Positions 23,824-36,920 of a stretch of DNA of 64,000 nt are shown in pieces (within the stretch, counting starts at the first letter, position 1; the number at the start of each line of letters is the position of its first letter). This DNA is from Octopus sinensis (Eukaryota). The DNA lies in contig NC_043012.1 of NCBI RefSeq assembly GCF_006345805.1, positions 58,962,001-59,026,000 on the forward strand, written 5' to 3'. The translations under genes were made by a program, and so were the position numbers. The notes beneath the pieces were generated by a model, which had not been told where the DNA came from, did not search any database, and worked only from the letters and a program-made list of their open reading frames with translations.

Positions 23824-26424
23824 GTGCGTGTGTGTGTCCACACACGTATCTCTGGTTGGGTTGTTAGGACGTCTGTCCTCTTCTCAATAAGCAATAGAGT
23901 TGCTTCTACTTGTTGATTTAACCCGGTAAAAATAACAGCCAAATCGCCCTCCAACTACACCACACATTCTCTTTTAAAAGAGGATACAGATGCAATGGGT
24001 AATGTAGGCTGAACAACACCGAACCTGAAGAAAACATGATGAAGAATTTATGGTTGGAATGTCTTTCTTCGTGGTTCAATCTGAGCCAATATGTGCTTTA
24101 ACTCTAAAAACAATTGAAGCAGGGTTTCATTCCAAGTAACGTAAGTCTTGCGCCGTATTTTCTCGCTGTGTTTTAATTTCTGATACAAATTTATACACTG
24201 GAGGTTGACTACGATTAATTAAGTACTTAACATTTAATAAGTGTAAACTCGCTACAGGTCGAGGGGATAGCGGGAGAAATCTTTAGAGTAAAAAATTCCC
24301 GTCAGCATGTGATTCCACACCTCAGTTCTTGGTTCTTTAAGGCTGCCAGGTCATGACTCCTAGGTGTCGTCCTGCTTATTTCACAAGGCGGCCTTTAGTG
24401 TGGATTGAACCCTAGACCTTCGGATGATCTTATTTCTCTGACTTGCATACCGCTCGGTTCCAAAATCACTGATCTTGCACTGTGAATCTGTATCTATTTA
24501 AATATGTGTTTTACTCCCACTGTTTCCTGCTTAGCAGCTTGCAGTATTCTGGAAATTTGTAACACTAATACCTGTTATTTTATTTGTGACAAACATGTGA
24601 AATGGCTCGGATAAGAACCGAATATATATTTTACTTAACAGATATCGATCCTCTCAACATCCATACACAGTTTGAGTTACATTTCAATCCTAATCCCGAT
24701 CGAGTAAAACTGTCAAGTAAAGCATTCTGTCTGTGATGTCCCTTGAGGGGATTTATAAGACAAATACCGGTAATATTTTGATGTCGATTACAGCTGATCG
24801 TATCGAATCGTTTAAAAATCTCTTTGCATTATAACAATATACGTAAAAACAATAATATATATATATATATTTCACACGCCTCTCCTACACCATTCTTAGT
24901 TGAAATATGTCCCTTGTACATGGTGTTTTACAGAATGAATTATCTCGTGTGTCTTTGCATTCTCGCATTACTTTTGACCTTGCTTCGTAAACTCAAATAT
25001 TTCACTGTTTCTATTTTCAGCTTATTCTTATGTTCCGGTGAATTATTTTTCCACTATAATTTTCTGTAATTTCCACTGCTGGATAAGTTCCCATGTATTA
25101 TCCCAAGATGCGTTTATATATTTTTTTTTTTTACTTGTTTATTTATTTAGATAGTTTCACGTACATATATATTTACTTATTTACATTTGTATTTTGTTAT
25201 ATCTTTCGAATCCGTATATTTCTTTCCCTCCATCTTGAATTGTTTATTTTAGACTCTTGCCAAGTTGTTATTCAGTTTTTTTTCTCTCTTTCTATTTCTT
25301 TTTACTATACTGGTTCTCCATCATCGTCCAATGTCTTCAAGTGCTAGGAAGCTATTTCCACACATCCATTCCTTCCGCATTCCACGTTGATAATACTGTT
25401 CAAGAATTGGCTAGCGTCAGCGAACAAGAAGAAAGCTCTCAGCTAACCGAGATTGCTGCCGCATTTCCATTTTCGGTTAAGGCAATTTCACTTCTTTAAC
25501 ATCGCTAATGCCTTCTCAAAGCAAAATTTTTCTCCCCTACGATTATTATGCATAATCTAAACAAACTGATATCATCCCTGCGTTGTCACTCTAGTTTTTG
25601 TTTTTCGTGTTACTGTTGTATTTGTCATTGTTGTTGTTGTTCCTGGTGGTGGCGGTGGTTCTGGTGGTGGTGGTAGTGGTGGTGAAGCTGGTGCTGGTGT
25701 TGAAGGTGGTGCTGCTTAGCCCCAGATCAGCTTCGATGCTGCATTCTAGTTGTAGAATTGGAGACGTTTCAGCCGTCGCCATCTTGCTTCATTTTCTCTC
25801 AACGTTTGTCTAGTACTACATTATTCAAGAAGCCTTTTCCTATTTAAAACGATAGTGTGTGAGTTTAGGGAGATTTAGTTGCTATTTTTAGCAAAGGATC
25901 TCACCACGTAGACGGACCATCTTATGCTCAAACTCCGAGTGTTTTCATGTACGTCTTTGAGTGCTGCGGCCACGCTGGGGCTATATTTTGAAGGGTTTAA
26001 TCGAATGGAAAAATTAATCTCAGTACATTTGTAAATTTGGTACATATATTACTGAATTATTGTCTAACCATTACGCTATGGGACATAAACAGCACAACCA
26101 TAAACACACACACGCACACACATGCATACATAAATATGCATGCATATGTGGGGAGGGGATGTAAACAAACTTTCATTTTGTTTTCAGAAGCGTAGAATGT
26201 GTATCGTATTGTATAGACAAAAAGGTAATATTTCGAACGTTATAACAACTGAAAGATTGGGTATTATTAACCGTATAAGACGGAAAAGGATTTTCAAGAT
26301 TGTCTGTTGGCAACTTATAACAGTTGTAATGCGCAATCTTTCTGCTATTTTCACGGCTGTACTGCATTCGAAATATTGCCTGCTTTGCTGTACAATACGA
26401 TATAATAAATAAATAGCAAATGCA

Positions 26425-26917
26425 CCCTTTTAAAGCCTAGCCAGGCTCATGGGCCCGGTTTCCCGGTTTCTATGGCGTATGTGTTTCCCAGCTGGACGGG
26501 ACGCCAATCCATCACAGCGTTACTCATTTTTGCCAGCTGAGTGGACTGGAGAAACGTGAAATTAAGTGTTTTGCTCAAGAACACAACGCGTCGCCCGGTC
26601 CAGGAATAGAAACCACAATCTTACTATCATGATGCTGACACCCTAACCACTAAGCCACGTGCATCCACAAAATTCCCTTCTCGAGCTATGCTAGGCTCAT
26701 AAGGGCCAGTTTTTCGGTTTCAGTGGCGTAGAAATTCCCACGGGACGGGACACCGGTCCGTCGCAGGATTATTCATTTTTGCTAGCTGAGTGGTCTTGTG
26801 AAGCGTGAAATGAAGTGTCATGCTCAAGAACACAGGGCATCGCCTGGTCCAGGAATCGAAACCAAAACCTTACGAATATCAGTTAAACACCCTAACCACT
26901 AATCCACGCGCCTCCAC
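26425..26917 (-). mobile_element. Head-to-tail heterodimer of CORE-like tRNA SINEs flanked by one 17-bp direct repeat
   Basis: Monomers 26425-26668 and 26675-26916, each with tRNA-like head, tgtgttcttgagca...cactcagct central block and a family-C-like tail; acaatacgatataataa at 26392-26408 and 26918-26934. Confidence 0.75.
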
Positions 26918-27873
26918 ACAATACGATATAATAATCCTTATTTAACTAACATCAAATCTGGTTACTTCTAAAAAAAATTAGTAAAATTTCATATCCATTA
27001 TTATAGCCTAACTTTATACCTATGGGGTATTTTATGTTATAGTGTGTGTAGCTCTTCGTAGGTTATAGTGTTTGTAGTTTATCTTCATATTTATTACGGA
27101 ATTCTCTTTACCATAAATTAATTAAACAAATAATTTTTTTGTTAGGTTTCTATTCACATCAACGAAAGAATTCTCCCTCCGATAAACAATAAAGAACATT
27201 TTTTTATTAGTTAAACAGTCTTTTTTATATCAATAACTTAAAATAAGTAGTGAGTTTTTTTTCCCCTCTAGTTTCAGCTCAGAGCTGCGGCCATGCTGAT
27301 GCACCGCCGTTAAATATTAATAATATAAATAGCATTTATATTTATTACACGTTTTATTACTGTTTCTTGATTAAGACTCTGATACTTAATTATATACATA
27401 TATATTATTGTTGTCTGTTATTATAATAGCGAACATTGACTTTGACCTAAAAGAGTTTAGATTAATTTTATTTGAGGTATATAGTAATATACTTCGATAG
27501 GTGTAGATTCTATTTACTTAATTATTTTGTCCCTTATATTTTTTTTTAATTGTAATTGTTACGTATTTGAAAAGTTAACGCTCACGCTCATTATACATAG
27601 GCATTTGCATTAACTTTTTTTACAATCCAGCCGTCCCTTGACACGGAATTGCGTCTATACTTACACCATTGGATCTGATGAGACTTATATAAGTGAACTG
27701 AATTTTTATATATCAAAACATGCATATATTTTGAAACAAATTGTTGGATTTTTTCGGTTTTTTTAATGATTTTTTAATGTAGTGTTATAACATATACCTA
27801 GTATATTATTTTATATTATAAAATAAATAAATTGTTGGATTGTCAATTTTATCTCTCTATTTAATTTATTGTT

Positions 27874-28038
27874 TATCGCTAGACACTACACATTATTTAT
27901 TTTCTCTCCTTGTTTCTTTCTGTGGAAGAGCATAGGCTAGAAACGTTAAAGACTTTTTCATTTCCCGAGCGTTAAACTAATACATCTGTTCGTTGCATAC
28001 ATCACCTGCCTTAGTCTTTTGTTTTTTGTGAATCCCCC

Positions 28039-28040
<2 letters not shown>
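27874..28040 (+). mobile_element. Family H2 repeat with hammerhead-like fold
   Basis: tcttt-CTGTGGA-a-gagc atag gcta-GAAA-CGTT-aaaga (27915-27952); followed by (TA)n. Confidence 0.7.
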
Positions 28041-28092
<52 letters not shown>

Positions 28093-28573
28093 CGAGCAGG
28101 GATCAGCTACACAGTTCAAAAAGGGGAAGGAATTAAAGGAAAATACAAATATGAACTGCAAAAACAAAAATCTGCCCCCGATGCAATGAAAACTATGTTG
28201 GAGATACAAAAAGAAAATCAACCGTCCGTATAAAATATGCATAGACAGCAAATAAAACACCCCTCGCTTAGATGCAGCGACCACCTAGATACGTGTGCAC
28301 AAGGAAAATTTACTATATTCCATTTTATAAAATAAATGATTAAAATGAAAGGCAGAAGAATATTTTATAAGGTTTCTGAATCCGAAACTAAACCGCAAAT
28401 AGCTTTACCTAAAACAACTTTCGCTATAGACAATAGGCATAACACGCTCTTGATAACGTCGAGAACTGAAAGCGCCTGCACATTTATTAAAACCTACACA
28501 CAATTTGAACTAACTAACGGTTAGTTTAGTTCGACTCTATAAAAATTTTTTTCAATCTTAAATTTTTGAAAAA

Positions 28574-28606
<33 letters not shown>

Positions 28607-28616
28607 TTCTTTCCCC

Positions 28617-28672
<56 letters not shown>

Positions 28673-28688
28673 GCACGCACACACACAC

Positions 28689-28726
<38 letters not shown>

Positions 28727-28729
28727 GGG

Positions 28730-28767
<38 letters not shown>

Positions 28768-30531
28768 TAGATAGATATAGATAGATAGATAGATAGATAG
28801 ATAAACATATGTACAATTAAAGGCAAAAGAGTGAAACCCTGGGATTCAAGAATGCGAAGGAACGGAATCTGGAGTTCAATGACATTGTAATTCAAAGAAT
28901 TCAGGACCAGCATGATTCAAGACAAAGCAAAACAAGTAGACAGCGAGATTACCACAAGTGTAGCATAATCAGCCTGCCGATCTATGATTCAAATGTCGTT
29001 TCAAACAATTGTATAAATTACTCGGATGTTCGTGTTTATTGAAATGCATAAAATAATTATAAAACAATTAAAGTGGATATTTTCATTTTGATTCGGCTGC
29101 TTTTCGATCAACATGAACTATCATAGCCTTTGATGGGGTTTTGTTTGGACGATTGAAAATTAAGTTATGACAGTCAAGAAACCCATTGCTGTGATCAAGG
29201 GGAAAAAATCCTGCATGGGCTGAGGATTTTGAACAAGTTTTGGCATATAAAAAACATCACCATCAAATGAATGTAGCAATCGTTGTGCAAATAAATTAAC
29301 CTCATTCGTTGACACGCATTAAATTATCAGCTACTCTGATAATAATCTGCAAAGGGATTAGCAAGGAATGTTTAAATGTGTCACGTAGATGTAGTGTGCC
29401 TAAGTCACGACTTCTATGGGGGATGTTATTGTTGCTGTTGTTTTATACTTAGTGGAATTTTATAATTCTGAAAGTTTCCAAGCATCAACGATCCTATTTC
29501 TGATTAATTTTCAAGATAGACAATTTCTTATTAACCTAGGGCATTTGGACAACATTGCCAGCATCCCAGATAAATCCAGTATGTCGATCCAGATAAAGAA
29601 TCTGGCAATGACTGAATTCAGACGAAGGATGCGCTAATTACAAGAAAATTATCAATTTAGCGTTGCAAATTTCGGACAAGAAACCTACAGAAGTTTCCCA
29701 TCTTTAATGGCATACCTAGAGGATAAGTTAAACCATTGCATACAACAATACAGTGAGAAGTCAAGTACCATACAGAATTTCCAACACTAACTATAAGGTT
29801 ATCTCTTAGATATTGAAAGGCTCAAAATGGGATTGGTTTAGATATTGAGGGTTATTTCATTTGATATATTTACGATGAGTAACAAGTGTGCGTAAATGCA
29901 AGATTACACTAGTTTTGATTTTGCAGTCAGAACGACTACAAAATGGAAGCTAATTTCGAAATGGCTTTACTATTTGACTTTGTTTGAATGTGCAGATACT
30001 GGAGCTTATCATATGCTGTTATAAGGGGAAGGTATTCTGTGAAACAGGACGAGAAATTGTCTTGATGCATAAGATAACACTGTCAGAAATACTAACATTG
30101 CCATGAAGACACTCATAAAGTAGGAACCGGTGTTATAGTGTACTTTTAGCGTTTTACTGTCTTTGATTTTTGTTTTGTAATATAACGTTACTCTAACAGC
30201 AAGTACATATGAAGATTATTATTCTTATAAATTCTGTTTGCACTTTTAAAATGCATTATTATGCATTTTAACTGTTCTGTCTTTGGCTCTTCGTACATAA
30301 AATAAAACAAAGGAATCGACAACTTCTGAAATCATTCTAGATCCAATATTACCCAGGAGGATGATTTCAAAAGGATTTTATGGAGAGGTTAAAAACATCC
30401 GATAATTCTGTTACATTCTGCACTCACCAAGCATTTACAATACTACGCAGCACTCACATCTTCACAGTATATCGGTGTTCATATATCTATGTACTTATTT
30501 AATTATCTATCTACCTATCCATTTCTATATC

Positions 30532-30590
<59 letters not shown>

Positions 30591-30659
30591 ATACATTATA
30601 TTATATTATATATATGTATGTTATATTATATATTTTATATATATATATATATATATAGG

Positions 30660-30740
<81 letters not shown>

Positions 30741-30973
30741 TGAGAGATTGATTAAGAAATTGATTTAAACGCAGGTGTTTATACTTCCGACATATGTTCC
30801 GAAGAAACCATTGATATTATTCTCCCAGGAATAATTTATCCAACTCATACAAAAGCATTCCACTAAACACTGGAATTTCTAAATCCTTGACACTTATGTG
30901 AACTTTTGCTGCCCTGGTAAGTATTTATTTATTTTTTCCGTGGCATTTGTACACGTTCAAATAATGCATATAC

Positions 30974-31009
<36 letters not shown>

Positions 31010-31420
31010 CAGAAGGACTAATAAAAAATGTGAAATGTTTCTAATTTGGAATAGTGAATCTCGAAGCACATAATGCTATACGTAATAGCATGTGAATATT
31101 GAATAAAACGACTCTTTGGATAGAAAAACACGTTCGTATGTATATTCATCTGTATATGTATACTGTTCTTAGGATTTAGGCTAAATGTCTAGAATCATAA
31201 GTTTTATGATGAAAATATTTGGCGTGACAATTTCTGGATTTTATTTCTAGTTGAAAAATACTGATTTCTTTTCGTCTGCATGAAACCACTGTTCGATAAA
31301 TCTAACATAAATTTTACTAAAAAGAATATTTTATTATTCGCCTCTTCAGCGTTGTATGTTCATTAATCAAGTAAATTGTCAATGTATTTTAGCATTCTCT
31401 AAGTGTGTGTGTTTATATGT

Positions 31421-31527
31421 GTGTGCGTCTGTGTGTATGTGTGTATATGCATGTATGTATGTATATATGCATAAGAATATATATATACATACACATATAT
31501 GTACATATATGCATGTATGTATACGTG

Positions 31528-31584
<57 letters not shown>

Positions 31585-32043
31585 ACGAATATGTATATAT
31601 AATTGTGTATGCAGATATATATACGAATGTATATGTATGGTTATGTGTGAGTATGTATTACATGTATGCCTACATACAAGTATTTATATACATATATATG
31701 CAATTATACATGCACTTGTATATGTATATCTGTATGTATATATATATATATATATGTGTGCGTCTGTGTGTATGTGTGTATATGCATGTATGTATGTATA
31801 TATGCATAAGAATATATATACATACACATATATGTATATATATGCATGTATGTATATGTGTATATGTATATATATATATGTATATATGTATACGAATATG
31901 TATATATACTTGTGTATGCAGATATATATACGAATGTATATGTATGGTTATGTGTGAGTATGTATTACATGTATGCCTACATACAAGTATTTATATATAT
32001 ATATATGCAATTATACATGCACTTGTATATGTATATCTGTATG

Positions 32044-32052
<9 letters not shown>
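31421..32052. repeat. Tandem duplication (period ~335 bp) of an interrupted TA/TG tract
   Basis: Unique interruptions (gcataagaat, gtatacgaatatg, gcctacatacaagtattt, gcacttg) recur in order from 31421 and 31756. Confidence 0.85.
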
Positions 32053-32078
<26 letters not shown>

Positions 32079-33486
32079 CGGTGTGTGCGTGTGTGTATGT
32101 GTGTGTGTGTATGTGTGTGTGTGTTTGTGTATGTGTGTGATAGATATTTCTCATGTTTTCTTCGTGGGATATTCAGAACATTAATCATTATATAGATAAC
32201 GCAACAGCAACACTTCTTCATAATTTTCTCATCCATTTCCAGATTCTACAAAGAAAAAAAACCCCACAAAAACAGGTTAAAAAACAGCCGTACATTAATG
32301 ACTCTCAGATTATAGCATTCCTGCTTCCTTAAATAACTGCTAATATTTCCCCTCATTAACAATTGAAGTTTTCACTAGCTGAACTATCTTTAATTATTAA
32401 AAATAAATACAAAATTTAATTAGATTTTTCAGTTTGAAATTTAATTAGATAATTTCTATTAATAACGATTTTCTGCAATCAACTAAATTACGAAGTTACT
32501 CTTCCTGTTATTATTTTTTTGATTCCTCTTTTATTATTTTCCTTTTTTTATTTTCTTATTCATCTTCCGAAATTCTTTCTTTTTTTTTTATACCTCCTTT
32601 TAATTTTTTAAAATCATCTTTATTATTTTGTCATATATGTTTCGTTGTTTTCGTTTTGGCTTGTAATTTTTTCGCCTTTAATTTGTGATAGTGCTGCTGA
32701 ACGCTGTAGTTATTTGTTAATTTTCACAACGTTAAACAAGTCTGCACCTAGTTCTCTCTTATATTACGTAATAACTTTGGATTGACGGAAATGGTCGTAT
32801 TTAATCGTAAATTATCCTCAGCACACTGCAACGTTCATCTAAATCTCCTTTGATTGCACGAATAAAACAAACAGAAATGCTAAAGAAAAAAAAAACACAT
32901 TAAACATTTTTAAGAATGAATTCTTCTCTGTTATTGATCAAAATGACCATGAAAAATAATCGTGAGTATAAGCATTAATATAGAAAACTCGACTGACTCA
33001 GCGATTATTATTATCACAGAGTTTTTTTGCATGATTCGGTTGTTGCCCTGCGACAACATGCACAATAACAGTAAAGATCCTACTTATAATTGCTGTAGAA
33101 AATATAGAAAAAAAAGCACTAGAAATTTGTTGGTTTTTGCCGTTGTTGGTGCTGCTGCTGTTATTGTTGCTATTGGTTTTTTTTTTAAGTTATGAGTTTG
33201 TGTTCCATTTATTGTCGCGTTGTTTCTTTTTCTTCGTGCAAACCAATGCAAGGAAAGGAAGTGAATGCTTCAATTAAAGGTACGTTGTGGCTATTACTGT
33301 TTGTTGACATGGCAATATCAAATAAACACATTTGTGCATACAAAAACATATGCCACATTTTCTTTACCCCCTATCACACCCACACTCTATCTCTCTATTC
33401 CTCTCTCTTTTTCTCTTTCCTATGTATGTAATATGTTATATATTTTTTTGATGAGTACATCTGCGTGTGTAACTCAGTGAGTAAAC

Positions 33487-33544
<58 letters not shown>

Positions 33545-33650
33545 CGAGTAAATTTGTGTGTGTAACTGTGAGTAAATACATAGATATATATATATATATA
33601 TATATAATATATATATATATATATTATATATATATATATATTATATAAAT

Positions 33651-33712
<62 letters not shown>

Positions 33713-33722
33713 AGATAGATAG

Positions 33723-33759
<37 letters not shown>

Positions 33760-33779
33760 ATATTATATATATATATATC

Positions 33780-33820
<41 letters not shown>

Positions 33821-33840
33821 GTAAATAGATAGATAGATAA

Positions 33841-33947
<107 letters not shown>

Positions 33948-33951
33948 TTGA

Positions 33952-34056
33952 GACAAGCACATCTCCGTGTGTAACTGTGAGTGGGTAAGCATATATAAAC
34001 ATGTGTGTGTATGTGTGTTTCTTCCCTCACAGTTACACACAGAGATTTACTTGTCC
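33952..34056. repeat. 30-bp inverted repeat with ~45-bp spacer; motif also present as direct copies near 33457 and 33546
   Basis: gacaagcacatctccgtgtgtaactgtgag versus ctcacagttacacacagagatttacttgtc. Confidence 0.7.
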
Positions 34057-34151
34057 GAATACCAATATATACAGTATGCTATGTGTAAATTGTTTCCATT
34101 TTATGTTTTTAATTTAGTGGATGTGCATTATTTATTTTTGATTTTGTCAAC

Positions 34152-34830
34152 TACACGTCATAGTAAGGTCAGTTGGGCACCTGAGAAAAACAGCACTATA
34201 ACATAATTCTGTGAGAAAAACAGCAACGTGGCGCAATTCACTCCACCAGAAATTTGGAAACGACATGCCGTATTGCTTGGTGTTCGCGCCGGAAGCTCCA
34301 ATACGAACATTTCAGAAATATTGGGTGTCTCTATGAGGACAGAGCAATCTGAGGACATGTTCCTAGAGTGAAAAAATCAATCATGCAGTCAACATCATTG
34401 TGTCTGGAGTGATCACTAGTGATGGCAACGTTACGACTCCATTCATTTTCCTACAGGCCCTCACATTCAACACAGAGGCCTACATCAAGTGCTTGGAGGA
34501 GGTAGTGCTGCCCTGAGACAAGGGGTTGGCTGCTGGAATATCCTATGTCTAGCAACAGGACTCCGCATCATGCCACACGTGCAGGAGAACCTAGTCATGG
34601 CTGTCAGGCAATTTCTGCGACCACATCACCCCTAACATCTGGCCATCTAACTCCACAGACTGCAACCCCCTTGATTATTATGTGTGGGGCACAGTTGAGT
34701 GGGAGACAAACAAAACTCCTTGTAATACCAAAGATGAACTGAAGGCAGGGAATATGGCAGCATTCACCAAATTAAACAAGGAGGCAATCTAGAAAAGTTG
34801 CATGAGATTCCGAATTTTAATGGAGGCCGT
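34152..34830 (+). pseudogene. Internally deleted Tc1/mariner transposase, DD37D (maT) family
   Basis: N-terminal piece AQFTPPEIWKRHAVLLG... then HAVNIIVSGVITSDG...QQDSASCH...WPSNSTDCNPLDYYVWG...ELKA; 37 residues between the D of QQD (34559) and the D of NPLD (34673); several in-frame stops. Confidence 0.88.
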
Positions 34831-34971
34831 GAAATAAAGTGTCTTGCTCAAGAACACAACACGCAGCCCGGACCGGGATTCGAGCTCACAACTTCACGAT
34901 CCTAAGCTCGACGCTCTAACCACTGAGCCATGCGGCTTCACCCACAAACACACACACACACACATATCATA
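34828..34971 (-). mobile_element. Inverted partial duplicate of the SINE head at 35423-35574
   Basis: Reverse complement matches 35423-35574 with ~3 substitutions, including the flanking tatgatat(gt)n. Confidence 0.85.
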
Positions 34972-35457
34972 TAACGGCGAATTTATTGGATAAATTTACT
35001 CGTTAGTATTTCAAGATATTTTATGTAATTTTGGTGAATATATCTGTCAAAATGAGATGTCAGTGTTATTTCCATTTTTGCGTAATTTAGACGGCAGTTT
35101 ATTCACCGCACACTAATCTCTCCTTAAGAGAGATTTAGAAATTATAACATCTCTATATATATCTTTAATTTATGCAGTTTAACTTGGTATATATTCATAG
35201 AAATATATGGGGTGTGAATCTTTAAATCTTTAAATTGTTTCAGCTTCAAAGATGCGGTTATGCAACGACACCAGTTTATGTTTTTATGCTATTTGAGAGA
35301 TTTTCATATTAATAATTGTATATAAGTATTTTTTGTGTTGAGAAACTCTGTGTGTTTGTATGTGTGTGTGTGAGTGTGTGCGTAGTGTATGTGTGTTTAT
35401 TCAAGATCCAAAATTCGATGGCTATGATATGTGTGTGTGTGTGTGTGTGTATGTTTG

Positions 35458-35790
35458 TGGGTGAAGTCGCATGGCTCAGTGGTTAGAGCGTCGAGCTTAG
35501 GATCGTGAAGTTGTGAGCTCGAATTCCGGACCGGGCTGCGTGTTGTGTTCTTGAGCAAGACACTTTATTTCACGTTGCTCCAATTCACTCAGCTGTAGAA
35601 AAGAGTTGCGACGTCACAGGTGCCAAGCTGTATCGGCCCTTGTCTTTCCCTTGGATAAGAGTGGTGGTGTGGAGAGGGGAGCCGGTATGCATGGGCGACT
35701 GCTGGTCTTCCATAAACAACTTTGCCCGGACTTGGGCCTGGGAAGGTGACTTTCTAGGTGCAATCCCATGGTCAGTGTCGTGACCGAAGG
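35458..35790 (+). mobile_element. CORE-like tRNA SINE with a distinct 3' tail
   Basis: A box tggctcagtggttagagc, B-box-like gagctcgaattcc, tgtgttcttgagcaagacacttt...cactcagctgt central block. Confidence 0.8.
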
Positions 35791-35886
35791 GGGTCCCAGA
35801 ATATATATATATATATATATACAAACATACGTACATACCTATGTATACATATATTTATGCACACCACACACACAAATATATATATT

Positions 35887-35974
<88 letters not shown>

Positions 35975-35999
35975 TATATATATATGTATGTATATACAT

Positions 36000-36195
36000 G
36001 AATGTGCGTCTGTCTTTCCGTGTTTGTCCCCCTCTACTACCACTTGACAACTAGTATTGGTATGTTTACTTCGCCGCGTGGAGCAGTTCAGCAAAAGACA
36101 TCGATGGAATATGTACCAGGTTTTAAAAATGAGTACTAGGGTCGATTTATTCGACTAAAGGTGCTACTCCAGCATGGCCGCAGTTTAATTGCTTC
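36000..36195 (+). mobile_element. SINE family B 3' half
   Basis: gtgtttgtccccc...cttgacaac...cagcaaaaga...cgactaaaggtg...ccagcatggccgcagt. Confidence 0.7.
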
Positions 36196-36309
36196 AGGAT
36201 CTTCAGATTTTCGTGAATATTTAGTCTGCTTTCCCTAGATATTTAAGGTGTCTATGTACTCCCGAATCGACCAAAGTGCAACCTCGATATTTGGCCATGC
36301 GTCAGAGAA

Positions 36310-36550
36310 AGAGAGTGTGAGTGAGCGAGCGAGTGCGTGAGTGAGTGAGTGAGTATGCGAGCGAACTAGTGAGTGAGCGAGCGAGCGAGCGAGCGAGCGA
36401 GCGAGCGAGCGAGCGAATGCATGAGTGAGCGATCGAGCGTGTGAGTGAGTGAGTGAGTTAGTGAGTGAGTGAGTGAGTGAGTTAGTGAGCGAGTGAGTGA
36501 GTGATTGATTGAGTGAGTGAATAAGTGAGTGAGTGAGTGAGTGAGTGAAA
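36310..36550. repeat. (GAGT)n/(GAGC)n tetranucleotide array
   Basis: Direct reading; source of the SLTH/SLAR pseudo-ORF. Confidence 0.95.
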
Positions 36551-36774
36551 GAGACTAAGATATAATGTACTCGGCAACAAGCCTTTACTTTGCTACTCGG
36601 AGATTCTTGGTATTCCATGGTTTCCTTTGGTGATGATTTTTCTAACAGGAACCAGAAGGAAAGTTGTTTTTTACTTTTGAATGAATTCATCGGCAAAATG
36701 AAACTCCATAGACAGACCAAGTAATTACACAAAATGCATGCAGTAATTAAATTACTAAACAACATTTATTTCGG

Positions 36775-36920
36775 ATGGGCCTATGTCGATTACACGGACC
36801 CTAATATTGAACTCGTACTTACTTTTATCGACCCTGAAAGAATGAAAGGCAAAGACGACCTCGGTGGAATCTGCCGCTAAGCATTTTGCCCGGCGTGGCA
36901 ACGATTCTGCCAGTTCACCC
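36775..36920 (-). mobile_element. SINE family A fragment
   Basis: ttttatcgaccctgaaagaatgaaaggcaaagacgacctcgg...gctaagcattttgcccggcgtg. Confidence 0.7.

Noticed and set aside
25591-25790. caagatggcgac (YY1-like/start context) and a 63-aa minus ORF
   Set aside because: ORF runs into trinucleotide repeats; a single motif is insufficient to call a promoter.
27674-27702. ctgatgagacttatataagtgaac
   Set aside because: GAAC instead of GAAA and no supporting stems I/III.
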